Assembly (NCBI GenBank): GCA_963748015.1
Contig: CAVVHE010000006.1
Span: forward strand, 1 to 64,000
DNA length: 64,000 nucleotides
Direction: 5' to 3'
From: Terriglobia bacterium
GTDB lineage: Bacteria; Acidobacteriota; Polarisedimenticolia; Polarisedimenticolales; JAIQFR01
A model generated the notes under the pieces. That model saw only the letters and a list, made by a program, of their open reading frames with translations. It was not told where the DNA came from and searched no databases. Below are positions 54,409 to 64,000 of this stretch, piece after piece (within the stretch, counting starts at the first letter, position 1; each line of letters starts with the position of its first letter). A program made the translations under genes and the position numbers.

Positions 54409-57033
54409 CTACTTGAGCCCCTTGATGACGTAGAGCTCGCTGCGGGCCCTGCTGTAGCCGTAGGCCAGGGCGCCGTCGGGCGACGCGATGACGGTGCCGA
54501 GGCCGCAGACCGCGGCGTACATGGGCTGCACGGTCTTCCACGCGGACCGCGCCCCCGACGCGACCTCGATCCGGTCGACCTGAACGGGAATGCTCTGCTT
54601 CCGATACACGAACACGGACTTGCCGTCCGCGCTCCACCCCGCCACCTCGTCGTCGTCGCGCGCGCCCGTCAGGGGCCGGCATGCGGAGGCCGCCAGCGTG
54701 CAAACCGCGAGCTTGCCCAAGGCATCGATCGCGACGATGCTCGACCCGTCCGGGGAGAACAGATTGCCGCCCCGCAGGACGTTGCCCTCGGGTAGAAGCG
54801 CGACCGGACTGCGGCCTTCGGGAGAGAGCACGTGAACGATGGGCTTCGCGCCAGGCCGCACGATCTCGACGACGATGCGTCCGTCGGGATGCCATCCGGC
54901 CCACTCCACCGACTCGACGGGACCCAGGTCCAAGACCCGCGGCTGCCCGGCGCCGGTCGGCACGATCGACACCTTTGGAGGCGACTCGCTCGAGACGACG
55001 AGGGCCTTGCCGCTGTCGGGCGAGAGGGCCAGTCCGGAACCATCGGCGATGCGAATGGGCTCCCGGCCGCTCGGCGGCCAGTAGTAGACCGACCCTCGCG
55101 GGCCTCCGCTGTCTCCGCTCTGATTGAGCAGCAGGGCGTGGGTGGCGGAAAACGCGGCCACGTTGCCGCCTTCGCGCCATGAACGATCGACCGGCACGGG
55201 TCCGCCGCCATCGACGACCTCGATGCGGTTCAAGATGTGATCGATCGATCCGAGCACGTCACCGTGCGGCGAGATGTCGTGCAGGGTCAACGAGCCCGGA
55301 GCGCGGAACACGACGCGCCGACGGCCTTTGAGATCGAGTCCGAAGATGGCCGTTTGTCGGCCCCCGACCTCCGCCGCCGAGTACCAGACCTCGTTCGAAG
55401 ACGTCCAGGCCAGATCCCACCAGTCGGAGAACGGCGGACTGGAAACCACGAGCTTCCCCGACCGGTCGAAGACCCTCACCGTGTTGGCGCCCGTGAGGCG
55501 CGTGTCGAAGAACGCCACGTAGTCCCCGGACGGCGACACGCGCGGCACCACGAACCCGGCCTGGTTGGCCCAGGATCGACCGTTGACGATGGGCATCTCG
55601 GCGAGCACCTGGCCCACGGGATACTCGACCGTCCGCCGGCGCTCGTCGTCACGAATCACCGCCATCGCGTTGCCGGCGCCGAAGTCGGCGAAGCGCACGC
55701 CGTCGAGCTCCGGCCTGGGCGCGCTGCCGGTGAGCGACGCGCGAGCGAACGTGCCTGTCCTGGTGTAAGGGTTGCCGCCGGTGACCGTCGATCCGCTGAG
55801 GATGGCCAACTCCCCCGATCGCGAGATCCCGAGCAGGTCCGCCCCCGGAAAGCCGAGCGGCCGGAAATCCGGACTGTCGAGGCTCGTGACGAATACGTCG
55901 CGCGGACGGCCGTCCCAGTCGGCGCTGTAGACGATCGTGCGGCCGTCGGGCGCGAATCGGGCCGCGAAAACGAACCCTTCCTCGAACGTGATGGGCGTGT
56001 AGGTCACGTCGGCCATGCCCGCGGACGTCGGGGCCGATCGGCCGCGGCCGAAGTAGCCGGCCAGCACGCCGAGGGCGAGCGCGAGGACGACGGTCGCAAC
56101 GCGGAGCCACGGGAAGCGCCTGCGTCCGCCTCCGTGCGACCTCGCGGTCGCCGGCGCGGCCGCGCCCGTCTGCGACCCGCCCGCGGTGAGCCACTGCAGG
56201 TGCAGCTTCACGTCGTGAGCGCTCTGGATCCGGTCCGCGGGGTCTTTCGCGAGGCACGCCTGCACGAGGCGGTCGAGCGCCGGAGGCGCCAGCGGGGACA
56301 GTTGCGAGATCGGAGCGGGATCGCTCCCCATGATGGCGGTGATCAGCGAGGCCTGGCTCTTCCCTTCGAACGCGGGCCTTCCCGTCGCGAGCTCGTAGAG
56401 CACGCACCCCAGCGCCCACAGATCGGCGCGCGCATCCGCCTCGTGTCCTTCCAGCTGCTCCGGCGCCATGTACTGGAACGTCCCGATGATCGTCCCCGCG
56501 GCCGTCAGTGGGCCGGCGACCGTCTGGGAGCTCGTTAGGTCGCTCGCCGGTCCGAGCCCCGTCGCGCGCGCGAGCCCGAAATCCAGGAGCTTCGCGCCCG
56601 ACCTCGTGAGCATGACGTTTCCGGGCTTGAGGTCGCGATGCATCACACCCGCGCGGTGCGCGCGATCGAGGGCGTCGGCGATCTGCGCGCCGAGCTTCAG
56701 CACCTCCGGGAGCGGGAGCGCGCCCTTCGTCAGCCGCTGCGCCAGGGTCTCGCCCTCGATCAGCTCCATGACGAGGTAGTCGGTCTCCCCCTCGCGTCCC
56801 ACGTCGTGCAGCGTGCAGATATGCGGGTGGTTGAGCGACGAGACGGTCTTCGCTTCGCGCTCGAACCGCGCGCGGATCTCGGGGTTCGACGACAAGTGCT
56901 GCGGCAGCACCTTCACGGCGACGTCGCGACCCAGCCGCGTGTCCTTCGCTCGATACACCTCTCCCATGCCGCCCGCCCCGAGGGGTGCGACGACTTCGTA
57001 GGGCCCGAGGCGGTCTCCCTGGGACAGCGCCAA
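54409..57033 (-). CDS. Ser/Thr protein kinase with TM and C-terminal beta-propeller
   Basis: GAGGMGEVY, HRDLKPGN, DFGLA, YMAPE; repeated SPDG motifs; TTG start after GAGGAG. Confidence 0.93.
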   Translation of the reverse strand: MALSQGDRLGPYEVVAPLGAGGMGEVYRAKDTRLGRDVAVKVLPQHLSSNPEIRARFEREAKTVSSLNHPHICTLHDVGREGETDYLVMELIEGETLAQRLTKGALPLPEVLKLGAQIADALDRAHRAGVMHRDLKPGNVMLTRSGAKLLDFGLARATGLGPASDLTSSQTVAGPLTAAGTIIGTFQYMAPEQLEGHEADARADLWALGCVLYELATGRPAFEGKSQASLITAIMGSDPAPISQLSPLAPPALDRLVQACLAKDPADRIQSAHDVKLHLQWLTAGGSQTGAAAPATARSHGGGRRRFPWLRVATVVLALALGVLAGYFGRGRSAPTSAGMADVTYTPITFEEGFVFAARFAPDGRTIVYSADWDGRPRDVFVTSLDSPDFRPLGFPGADLLGISRSGELAILSGSTVTGGNPYTRTGTFARASLTGSAPRPELDGVRFADFGAGNAMAVIRDDERRRTVEYPVGQVLAEMPIVNGRSWANQAGFVVPRVSPSGDYVAFFDTRLTGANTVRVFDRSGKLVVSSPPFSDWWDLAWTSSNEVWYSAAEVGGRQTAIFGLDLKGRRRVVFRAPGSLTLHDISPHGDVLGSIDHILNRIEVVDGGGPVPVDRSWREGGNVAAFSATHALLLNQSGDSGGPRGSVYYWPPSGREPIRIADGSGLALSPDSGKALVVSSESPPKVSIVPTGAGQPRVLDLGPVESVEWAGWHPDGRIVVEIVRPGAKPIVHVLSPEGRSPVALLPEGNVLRGGNLFSPDGSSIVAIDALGKLAVCTLAASACRPLTGARDDDEVAGWSADGKSVFVYRKQSIPVQVDRIEVASGARSAWKTVQPMYAAVCGLGTVIASPDGALAYGYSRARSELYVIKGLK

Positions 57034-57183
57034 ACGCGAACTCCTCGTCCAGTGAAGCGCGACCCGTGATTCTAAGGTGAAAGGGGCGAGTCGGCCACGC
57101 GCCGAGTTCGGACGCCACGCGCGACCGGCACCGAGCACACGCCGGATACGCGGAGCCTGCGAAGTCTCCCCGCCGCTCCCGCG

Positions 57184-57335
57184 CTACTGGAAATCGCCGA
57201 TCAGGACGACGTCCTTGCTCGAGGTCCCGTAGACGAAGACGACGCCCTTCGAGTCGGGGGTGAAGCGGCAATCGAAGACGGCGCCGCTCCGGAACTCGGC
57301 CAGGAGCTTCCGCCCGCCCTTGCCGGGGACGCGGC
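57184..57335 (-). pseudogene. C-terminal remnant of a beta-propeller protein
   Basis: FRSGAVFDCRFTPDSKGVVFVYGTSSKDVVLIGDFQ* with no start of its own. Confidence 0.55.
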
Positions 57336-57337
57336 GT

Positions 57338-58129
57338 TCAGAGCGGTCGCCGCAGCCCCTCCACGTAAAACCGGTAGCGGCCCAGCGTCTCGGCCGCGAG
57401 CGCGGCCGCGAAGGCCGCGAGCGGCAGGGCGGGGGCGCGGCTCGCGACGGCGAGCAGGCCGAGCGACAGGACGAGCCCGAGGAGGAGCAGGGCCCGCCGC
57501 GGGGCGCGGAGGACGCCGGGCTCCCGCGCGGCGAGCCGGGCACCGAAACCGACGGCGGCCACGAGGGCGATCCCGCGCAGCGGTCCGGAGATCAGCGATT
57601 CGGGAGCGCCGGGGAGGAGCGCGAGGCCGGCGCCGACCCCCAGCGCGCCGAGCAGCAAGGTGGTGACGAAGAACGACGCCGTCGTGCGCGGCGAGTCCCA
57701 CGCCGGAACCGTCCTTACGCGGTAGACCCGAGCCATCGCGTAGACGAGCGCGATGCCCGACAGCGCGGTTGCGGCCGCGAGGAGGGTTCGCGGGCTCCCC
57801 GCGCCGCGCCCCGTTGCGCGCAGCGCGGCGAAGGCGGCGCCGAGCGCGGCGAACAGGATCGCGAGCAGCACCTCGCGGCTCAGCCAGGAGCCGCGGACGT
57901 TGGCGATCGCACGCCAGGCCAGGGCGGGTGAGCCGAGGTGGAGGAGCGAGGCGGCCAGCGCCACGGCGATCACGGGGCCGATCGCGAGGAGGATTCCGTT
58001 CGTGAGCGCCCGGGCGGCGGGGTCTCGCGCGAGCGCTTCGGCCCACGCGTCGAGCGCGACGAGGGTGAGAAAAGCGCCGACGGCCAGCTGGGCGAGGAGG
58101 GTGAAGGCGACCAGCGAGCGCTCCTTCAC
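57338..58129 (-). CDS. dmsC: DMSO reductase membrane anchor
   Basis: LVAFTLLAQLAVG, SLLHLG.P, SWLSRE, E.LGR..FY. Confidence 0.85.
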   Translation of the reverse strand: MKERSLVAFTLLAQLAVGAFLTLVALDAWAEALARDPAARALTNGILLAIGPVIAVALAASLLHLGSPALAWRAIANVRGSWLSREVLLAILFAALGAAFAALRATGRGAGSPRTLLAAATALSGIALVYAMARVYRVRTVPAWDSPRTTASFFVTTLLLGALGVGAGLALLPGAPESLISGPLRGIALVAAVGFGARLAAREPGVLRAPRRALLLLGLVLSLGLLAVASRAPALPLAAFAAALAAETLGRYRFYVEGLRRPL

Positions 58130-58743
58130 TTGCGAACCTCCTCCCGGTTCGCCACGTCGGCCGTGCGATCGGTCGCGCGGGCGGCGTCGCGGTGCGGCAC
58201 GACCGCGAGCCCCGGCTCGGTGAGCGCGGGGTCGGGGAGCGGGAAGGTGCCGGCGCCGGGCGCGGGCTCGTCTCCGTCCGGCTGCACGAGGTCGAGAACG
58301 CGCATCGGGCAGGCCGCCACGCAGGCCGGCGGCCGGCCCGCAGCGAGCTCGTCGCCGCACAGGTCGCACTTCGTCATCTTCCCGGCGCTCTCGTCGTACT
58401 GCGGCGCGCCGTAGGGGCAAGCCCACGCGCAGTAGCGGCAGCCAACGCAGCGCTCGCGGTCCACGAGCACGACGCCGTCCGCGCGGCGGGCCATGGCTCC
58501 CGTCGGGCAAACCTCCGCGCAGACCGGCTCCGCGCAGTGGTTGCAGGCGAGGGAGAGGTTGAAGGCGAACGCGTCGGTGCGCCACGCCTCGCCGTCGCGG
58601 CGCCACGATCCTCCGGCGACCTCGTACACGCGGCGCCACAGCACGCCCACCGGCAGCGCGCTCCGGTCCTTGCACGCGGCCTGGCACGCCTTGCACCCCG
58701 AGCAGGCGGTCTGGTCGAAGCGGAAGGCGTAGCGCGTGGTCAC
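58126..58743 (-). CDS. dmsB: DMSO reductase Fe-S subunit
   Basis: Four Cys clusters (CSGCKAC, CNHC, CVGCRYC, KCDLC...CP). Confidence 0.9.
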   Translation of the reverse strand: MTTRYAFRFDQTACSGCKACQAACKDRSALPVGVLWRRVYEVAGGSWRRDGEAWRTDAFAFNLSLACNHCAEPVCAEVCPTGAMARRADGVVLVDRERCVGCRYCAWACPYGAPQYDESAGKMTKCDLCGDELAAGRPPACVAACPMRVLDLVQPDGDEPAPGAGTFPLPDPALTEPGLAVVPHRDAARATDRTADVANREEVRK

Positions 58744-58744
58744 G

Positions 58745-61024
58745 TCAGGCCTTCTCCGCCTGGACCATCGCGGTGTGCTGGGCGGAACCGAAGGCGAGCG
58801 GCGTCCACCGCTCCGACGTGAGGACGTTGACGTTGCCGCCGCGGTCCACGCCGTCGGCGTCCGGCGCCCACCACGCCCCCTGGGGGATGTCCACGACCCC
58901 GGGCAGGATCCGCGGCGTGAGGCGGCAGCGCAGGCGGATCGCGCCGCGGTCGTTCCAGATCCGCACCTCGTCGCCGTCCGAGATCCCGCGGGCCGCCGCG
59001 TCGAGCGGGTTGAGGTGCGCGCGCTGCGGGAACGCCTCGGCGAGCCACTCGTTGTTGTCGTGGGTCGAGTGCACGCGGTGCAGGGTGTGGTGGCCGATCG
59101 CCTGCAGGGGGAAGCGCTCCGCCTCCGGCCCGAAGGGGCTCTCCCACTCCTGAACGTACTTCGGCACCGCCGGGATCTCGCCGGGCCTGCCGAGGTCGCG
59201 CAGCGCCTTCGAGAAGATCTCGATCCGCCCCGACGGGGTGCTCAGCGGGTGCCGCTCCGGGTCGCGGCGGAAGTCCTCGAACGCCACCGCCGGCCGCTCC
59301 ACCGGCCGCGCGTAAACGCCTGCGTTCGACGCCTCGAACTCGTCGAGCCGCGGCAGGCCCGGGAGGCGCTGCCGGTACCGGTCGAGGCACCACTCCACCC
59401 AGCCCCGCTCGTCGCGCCCCTCGGTGTAGGCCTCGCCGATGCCGAGCCGCCCGGCGAGGTCGGCGCAGATGCGGTAGTCGCTTCTCGCCTCCCCGGGCGG
59501 CTCGACGAGCTTCGGCATCAGCAGCACCTCCTCGCCGTACTTCCACCCGTCCTCGACCCCCCACGTCTCGAACTGCGTGCACGCCGGCAGCACCAGGTCC
59601 GCGAAGAGCGCGGTGGACGTGAGGAACTGGTCCTGCACCACCAGGAACTCGACCTTGGATTCGTCGCGAAGGATCTCCGCGGAGCGGTTGACGTTGGCGT
59701 GCTGATTCACGAGGCAGTTGGTCGCGACCGCATAGATCAGTTTGACGTCGGTGTCGAGGCGCTCGGCGCCGATCACGCCGTGCTCGCGGCCCATCCCTTT
59801 CCCGTGGAGGACCGCCTCCGGCCAGAGGAAGACGGGGATCGCGGCCTTCACGGGGTTCTCGCCCGCGGGGAAGACGTTCCAGAGACACCCGCCGTCGGGC
59901 TGGTTGGCGAGGCCGCTCGCCCAGCCGCCCGGGATCCCCACGTTGCCGGTGATCGCCGCCAGCACGCAGCCGGCGCGCACCACCTGCTCGCCGTAGGCGC
60001 GGCGCTGCATCCCGTATCCCTGGTAGAGCACGGCGGGCTTCGTCGTCGCGTACTCGCGGGCGATCCTCGCGATCGTCTCCCGCGGCACCGCCGTGATCCG
60101 CTCCGCCCACTCCGGTGTCTTGGGCACGCCGTCTCGCGCACCGAGCACGTAGTCGCGGTAGCTCTCGTCCCCCTCGCAGCCGGGGGGCATCTGCGAGGCG
60201 TCGAAGCCGACGCAGTGGGTGCGGACGAACGCGGCGTCGTGGAGCCCCTCCGCGATCATCACGTGCGCCATTGCGGTCATCATCGCCGCGTCGGTCCCGG
60301 GGCGGATCGGGACCCACTCGTCGGCGAGGCTGACCGCGGTGAGGCTCATTCGCGGATCGATGCAGACGGTGCGGGCCCCGCGCTCGCGCGCGAGCTTCAG
60401 GAACCACTCGCTGTTGGTGCCGTCCCGCATCTCCGCGGGGTTCCAGCCCCACATCAGGACGTACTTCGCGTTGAGCCAGTCCTGGCGCTGGTTCCCCGTC
60501 TGGAGCGTACCGTAGACGGTGGGAGTCGCGACGTTGATGGCGGCCCAGCTGTAGCTGTTCCAGATGCCGAGGCAGCCGCCGGACAGGTTCATCAGGCGAC
60601 GCGCCGGCTGGGCGCCCCCCAGCTGGTTGTAGCTGCCGGTGCCGTAGGGGACGAACAGGGCGCCGTCGCCGTGGGTCTCTCGCACTCGCCGCATCTCGCC
60701 GGCCACGAGGTCGAGCGCCTCGTCCCAAGAGACGCGTGCCCACCGCCCGGCGCCGCGGGGGCCGGTCCGCTTCAGCGGATGGATCAGCCGGTCGGGATGG
60801 TATTGGCGCTTGAGGTAGGCGCGGCCCCTCGCGCACGCGCGCAGCTGCGGGTCGGCGGGGGAGTCGCCGGGGCGGTCGTCCGTGTCGAGGCGCACGATGC
60901 GCCCGTCCCGGACGTGCGCGACCAGGAGGCACCGCCCGCCGCAGTTGTGCGCGGGACAGCCCACCCGCACGATGCGCTCGCCGGGCGATGCGGAAACCGG
61001 GCGGGGCGAAGGGCTCGCGGTCAC
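58745..61024 (-). CDS. dmsA: DmsA/YnfE-family molybdopterin oxidoreductase catalytic subunit
   Basis: CPAHNCGGRC, LRACARGR, PIRPGTD, HST, QGAW. Confidence 0.88.
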   Translation of the reverse strand: MTASPSPRPVSASPGERIVRVGCPAHNCGGRCLLVAHVRDGRIVRLDTDDRPGDSPADPQLRACARGRAYLKRQYHPDRLIHPLKRTGPRGAGRWARVSWDEALDLVAGEMRRVRETHGDGALFVPYGTGSYNQLGGAQPARRLMNLSGGCLGIWNSYSWAAINVATPTVYGTLQTGNQRQDWLNAKYVLMWGWNPAEMRDGTNSEWFLKLARERGARTVCIDPRMSLTAVSLADEWVPIRPGTDAAMMTAMAHVMIAEGLHDAAFVRTHCVGFDASQMPPGCEGDESYRDYVLGARDGVPKTPEWAERITAVPRETIARIAREYATTKPAVLYQGYGMQRRAYGEQVVRAGCVLAAITGNVGIPGGWASGLANQPDGGCLWNVFPAGENPVKAAIPVFLWPEAVLHGKGMGREHGVIGAERLDTDVKLIYAVATNCLVNQHANVNRSAEILRDESKVEFLVVQDQFLTSTALFADLVLPACTQFETWGVEDGWKYGEEVLLMPKLVEPPGEARSDYRICADLAGRLGIGEAYTEGRDERGWVEWCLDRYRQRLPGLPRLDEFEASNAGVYARPVERPAVAFEDFRRDPERHPLSTPSGRIEIFSKALRDLGRPGEIPAVPKYVQEWESPFGPEAERFPLQAIGHHTLHRVHSTHDNNEWLAEAFPQRAHLNPLDAAARGISDGDEVRIWNDRGAIRLRCRLTPRILPGVVDIPQGAWWAPDADGVDRGGNVNVLTSERWTPLAFGSAQHTAMVQAEKA

Positions 61025-61128
61025 GGGGGCATCCTACCGTATCCGCAGCCCCGGGTTCCCGGCTAGGCCTTGTCCCTCGCGATCGCCGCGACCTTCGCCC
61101 TCGTCTCACGACCGCGATCGAGACGGGA

Positions 61129-61758
61129 TCAGGCCGGCCGGTCGTCGCGCGCCTCGAACACGGGCAGCGCGATGCGCCACCGGATGCCCGCGAGCCTCGC
61201 GCCGAGGGTCACCAGGAAGCCGATCAGGACGCTCGAGCGAGCCGAGGCCCCCACGGATCCCGCGAGCAGGAACGACAGGGCGCCGAGGAACGAGGCGGAC
61301 GCGTAGAGGTACGTCTCCTTGCGGAACACGAGCGGGACCTGCCCGGTGAGGAGGTCGCGCACGATCCCTCCGGCCACCCCGGTCGTCACGCCCATGAAGA
61401 CGACCGCGCCGGGCGAGGTATGGAACGCCATCGCCTTCTGCGCCCCCGCCATCGTGAAGACCGCGAGAACGAGGGCGTCCGCCAGGACGAGCACGCCGAG
61501 GCGGAAATCGAAGAACCGGGCGACGAAGAAGGTCGCGACGGCAGTGATGGCGGCGTTCCCGATGAACCCGAAGTCCCGGACCCAGAACACCGGCACGTCC
61601 CCCAGCGTGACGTCTCGGATCGTCCCGCCGCCGAACGCCGTGACGAGCGCGAGCACCACGACGCCGAAGAGGTCGATGCGTCTCCCCCGGGCGGCCAGCA
61701 CGCCCGAGATCGCGGCAATCGTGACCCCGAAGTGATCGATCACGGTCTGGAGGATCAT
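61129..61758 (-). CDS. Trimeric intracellular cation channel (UPF0126)
   Basis: Two repeats GGGTIRD / GGIVRD. Confidence 0.88.
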   Translation of the reverse strand: MILQTVIDHFGVTIAAISGVLAARGRRIDLFGVVVLALVTAFGGGTIRDVTLGDVPVFWVRDFGFIGNAAITAVATFFVARFFDFRLGVLVLADALVLAVFTMAGAQKAMAFHTSPGAVVFMGVTTGVAGGIVRDLLTGQVPLVFRKETYLYASASFLGALSFLLAGSVGASARSSVLIGFLVTLGARLAGIRWRIALPVFEARDDRPA

Positions 61759-61771
61759 GGCGGCCTACCTC

Positions 61772-62731
61772 TCAATCGATCCGGATGACGACCTTGCCTC
61801 GCGCCGCGCGCGTGCCCAGGTAACGAAGGGCGTCGGGGACCTCGCTCAACGGATACTGCCGATCGATCACCGGGACCAGCTTCCCGGCCTCTGCCAGTTC
61901 CTTCAGCGCGACCAGGTCTTCCAATCTTGCCCTGGCCATGAACGGCGGGATGCGCCGGCTCCCGATGCGCGACATGAACTGCGCCTTGAGCATCCGCCAC
62001 GCCACCGCCCGGAGTTCGTTCGGCGCGCCGGCGAGCACGAGGACTCCGTTCGGGGTCAGGACGCGACGGCAATCGCCGAGCGAACGGTTCGCGCCGAGAT
62101 CGAACAGGATGTCGTAGCGCTGCCCACGCGCGGCGAAGTCCTCCTTCGTGTAATCGACGACGTCGTCGGCGCCGATCGAGCGGAGGAGGCCCAGGTTCTC
62201 CGTGCGGCTCACGGCAGTGACGTGCGCGCCGAGCGCCCTGGCGATCTGGACCGCGAGCGTGCCCACGCCGCCGCCCGCTCCGTGGATCAGGACCCTCTGA
62301 CCCGGCTGGACGCGTGCGGCGTCGCGGAGACCTTGCAGGGCGGTGAATCCCGCGACCGGGATGGCGGCGGCCTGCTCGAAGGTCAGGTTGCGAGGCTTCG
62401 GCGCCAGCCGCTTCTCGAAGCTCGCCGCGTACTCGGCGAAGGTCCCGATTCCCGTGCCGAACACCTCGTCGCCGGGCGCGATCCTCGTCACGTTCTTGCC
62501 CACGGCCTCGACGCGCCCGGCCACGTCGAAGCCCCGGACGTCGCTGCGGGGCTGACGCATCAGCCTGCCGACCAGGTGCGGCAGCCTTCGAAGGAGGTGC
62601 CAGTCGGCGGCGTTGACCGAGGCCGCGCAAACCCTCACGAGCACCCCGTCGTCGCCAACGAGTGGTTTCTCGATCTCCCGTAGCTCGAGATCGTCGGGGG
62701 AGCCGTAACCGTTCTGGACGATGGCTTTCAT
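61772..62731 (-). CDS. MDR-family NAD(P)-dependent oxidoreductase
   Basis: ASVNAAD, GAGGGVG, RGKVVI. Confidence 0.9.
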   Translation of the reverse strand: MKAIVQNGYGSPDDLELREIEKPLVGDDGVLVRVCAASVNAADWHLLRRLPHLVGRLMRQPRSDVRGFDVAGRVEAVGKNVTRIAPGDEVFGTGIGTFAEYAASFEKRLAPKPRNLTFEQAAAIPVAGFTALQGLRDAARVQPGQRVLIHGAGGGVGTLAVQIARALGAHVTAVSRTENLGLLRSIGADDVVDYTKEDFAARGQRYDILFDLGANRSLGDCRRVLTPNGVLVLAGAPNELRAVAWRMLKAQFMSRIGSRRIPPFMARARLEDLVALKELAEAGKLVPVIDRQYPLSEVPDALRYLGTRAARGKVVIRID

Positions 62732-62840
62732 CCTGCCGTCCCGAGGCCCGCGATCGGGGAGGCCGCGATTTCCATCCGCCCGGCGCCCGGCCGCCATACT
62801 ACGCGAAGAAGGCTGGCCTCCCGCAATCCGCGTCGAGGGG

Positions 62841-64000
62841 CTACCTGCCGGCCGCGAGCCGATCGAGCGACTCCCGGGCACGGCGCAGCATGACGGCGTC
62901 GGGGTGCTCGGGGGCCACGCGCCCCGCGAAGGTCCTGTCCGCGCGGTCGAACGCGGCCCGGGCCTCGGCGAAGTTCCTGCGAGCCAGCGCGACCTCTCCG
63001 AGGACAGCGACCGTCGCGCCGGTGTCCGGGTGGCCGGGACCGAGGGCCTTTTCGCGTCCGGCAAGCGCCCGGCGCAGCAAAGACTCCGCCTCCTCGAGCC
63101 TCCCGCGACGGAGGAGAACCAGTCCGAGGTAGTGCTCCGAGCGGAGAAGGTGCGGGTCGCTCTCGGCCCTGAACTGCCGCCGGGTCTCGAGCGCCTCCCG
63201 GTGGTTCGCCTCGGCGGGCGCGAGCTCGCCGCGCGCCAGGTAGTACGTTCCGAGGCTGTCGTGGATCGACGCCAGGAACTCCGGCTGCGGCATGGGCACG
63301 CTGTCGTAGATCCTGTGCGCCTCGCGAAGCAACGGCTCCGCTTCGTCGAACCGGCCGAGGTCGCGGAGGGCGCACCCGTGATCCTCGAGGGCGTTCGCCA
63401 GCGTCTGCGGGGGCAAGCCGGCCGGCCACTTCCGCAACAGGGTGACCACCTGGCGGAACGTGGCCTCGGCCTCGGCGAGACGGCCCGCCCGCTGATAGCA
63501 CTCTCCCAGGCACAGCGCGATGCCGTGGGCCGCCCACTTGCCGCCGACGTGCTCGCGATCGACTTCCGCGGCCCGCTCGAGGAAACGGATGCCCGCGGCG
63601 AACCCGCCGCTCTCGAAGATCGACAGCCCCGCCGACTTCAATACGTCGACTTCGGTCTCCGGGTCCCCTCGCCACTCCCGGTCGAGCTCCTCGATGGTCT
63701 GCGAAGCGGTTTCGGGATCGTCGATCCGCCGCGCGTAGCCGAGGCTGGGAATCTGCCGGTCGAGCATCTTCGAGAGGGCAGCCATCGCCGTCCGGGCGGA
63801 CTCCGCCTCTCGGCTCGCGCGATCCCGCTCCGTGCGTAGGTAGCTCGCGAGCACCGCCATGCTCACCGCGAAGCCGACGACGAGCACGAAGACGCCCACC
63901 AGCACCGCGAAGAAGCCGCGGTGGCGCCGGATCAGCTTGCGAAGCTGGTACGCGGTGCTGGGAGGGCGCGCGGAAATCGGCTGCCCGGCGAGATACCGCC
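62841..64000 (-). CDS. C-terminal part of a Ser/Thr kinase-TPR protein (truncated by the window edge)
   Basis: RYLAGQPISARPPSTAYQLRKLIRRHR, TM segment, TPR repeats (LGPGHPDT). Confidence 0.85.
   Translation of the reverse strand, partial: RYLAGQPISARPPSTAYQLRKLIRRHRGFFAVLVGVFVLVVGFAVSMAVLASYLRTERDRASREAESARTAMAALSKMLDRQIPSLGYARRIDDPETASQTIEELDREWRGDPETEVDVLKSAGLSIFESGGFAAGIRFLERAAEVDREHVGGKWAAHGIALCLGECYQRAGRLAEAEATFRQVVTLLRKWPAGLPPQTLANALEDHGCALRDLGRFDEAEPLLREAHRIYDSVPMPQPEFLASIHDSLGTYYLARGELAPAEANHREALETRRQFRAESDPHLLRSEHYLGLVLLRRGRLEEAESLLRRALAGREKALGPGHPDTGATVAVLGEVALARRNFAEARAAFDRADRTFAGRVAPEHPDAVMLRRARESLDRLAAGR

Overview
GC-rich bacterial DNA, probably Acidobacteriota-like (inferred from the Ser/Thr kinase-beta-propeller and kinase-TPR genes), containing accessory rather than core genes. 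The left ~37 kb is organised by four same-strand 3' fragments of one tRNA-Leu gene (114-166, 31874-31929, 33150-33183, 36828-36848), which mark a tandem array of integrated islands; no integrase is present in the window. The largest segment (167-31873) is a salt/osmotic/general-stress island. It carries a XylR-type sigma54 activator with a duplicated sigma54 promoter, Pal, three MscS channels, NhaR, Rnk, HPF, USPs, an APC permease, a nitrilase+GNAT pair, SLC13 and ClC transporters, otsAB and treT. It also carries an unexplained operon of opine dehydrogenase, single-chain B12 glutamate-mutase-like enzyme, Asn-synthetase-like amidotransferase and MarC, a candidate new compatible-solute pathway. 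Next come ArsR/SRPBCC, a Phd-RelE toxin-antitoxin pair and a decayed IS3. The right part holds katG/terC, an XRE-cupin oxidative-stress cluster, sulfatase/HAD, cardiolipin synthase, hydrolases, Ser/Thr kinases and a dmsABC-like operon lacking a Tat signal. All product calls come from motif recognition only; no database search was run.
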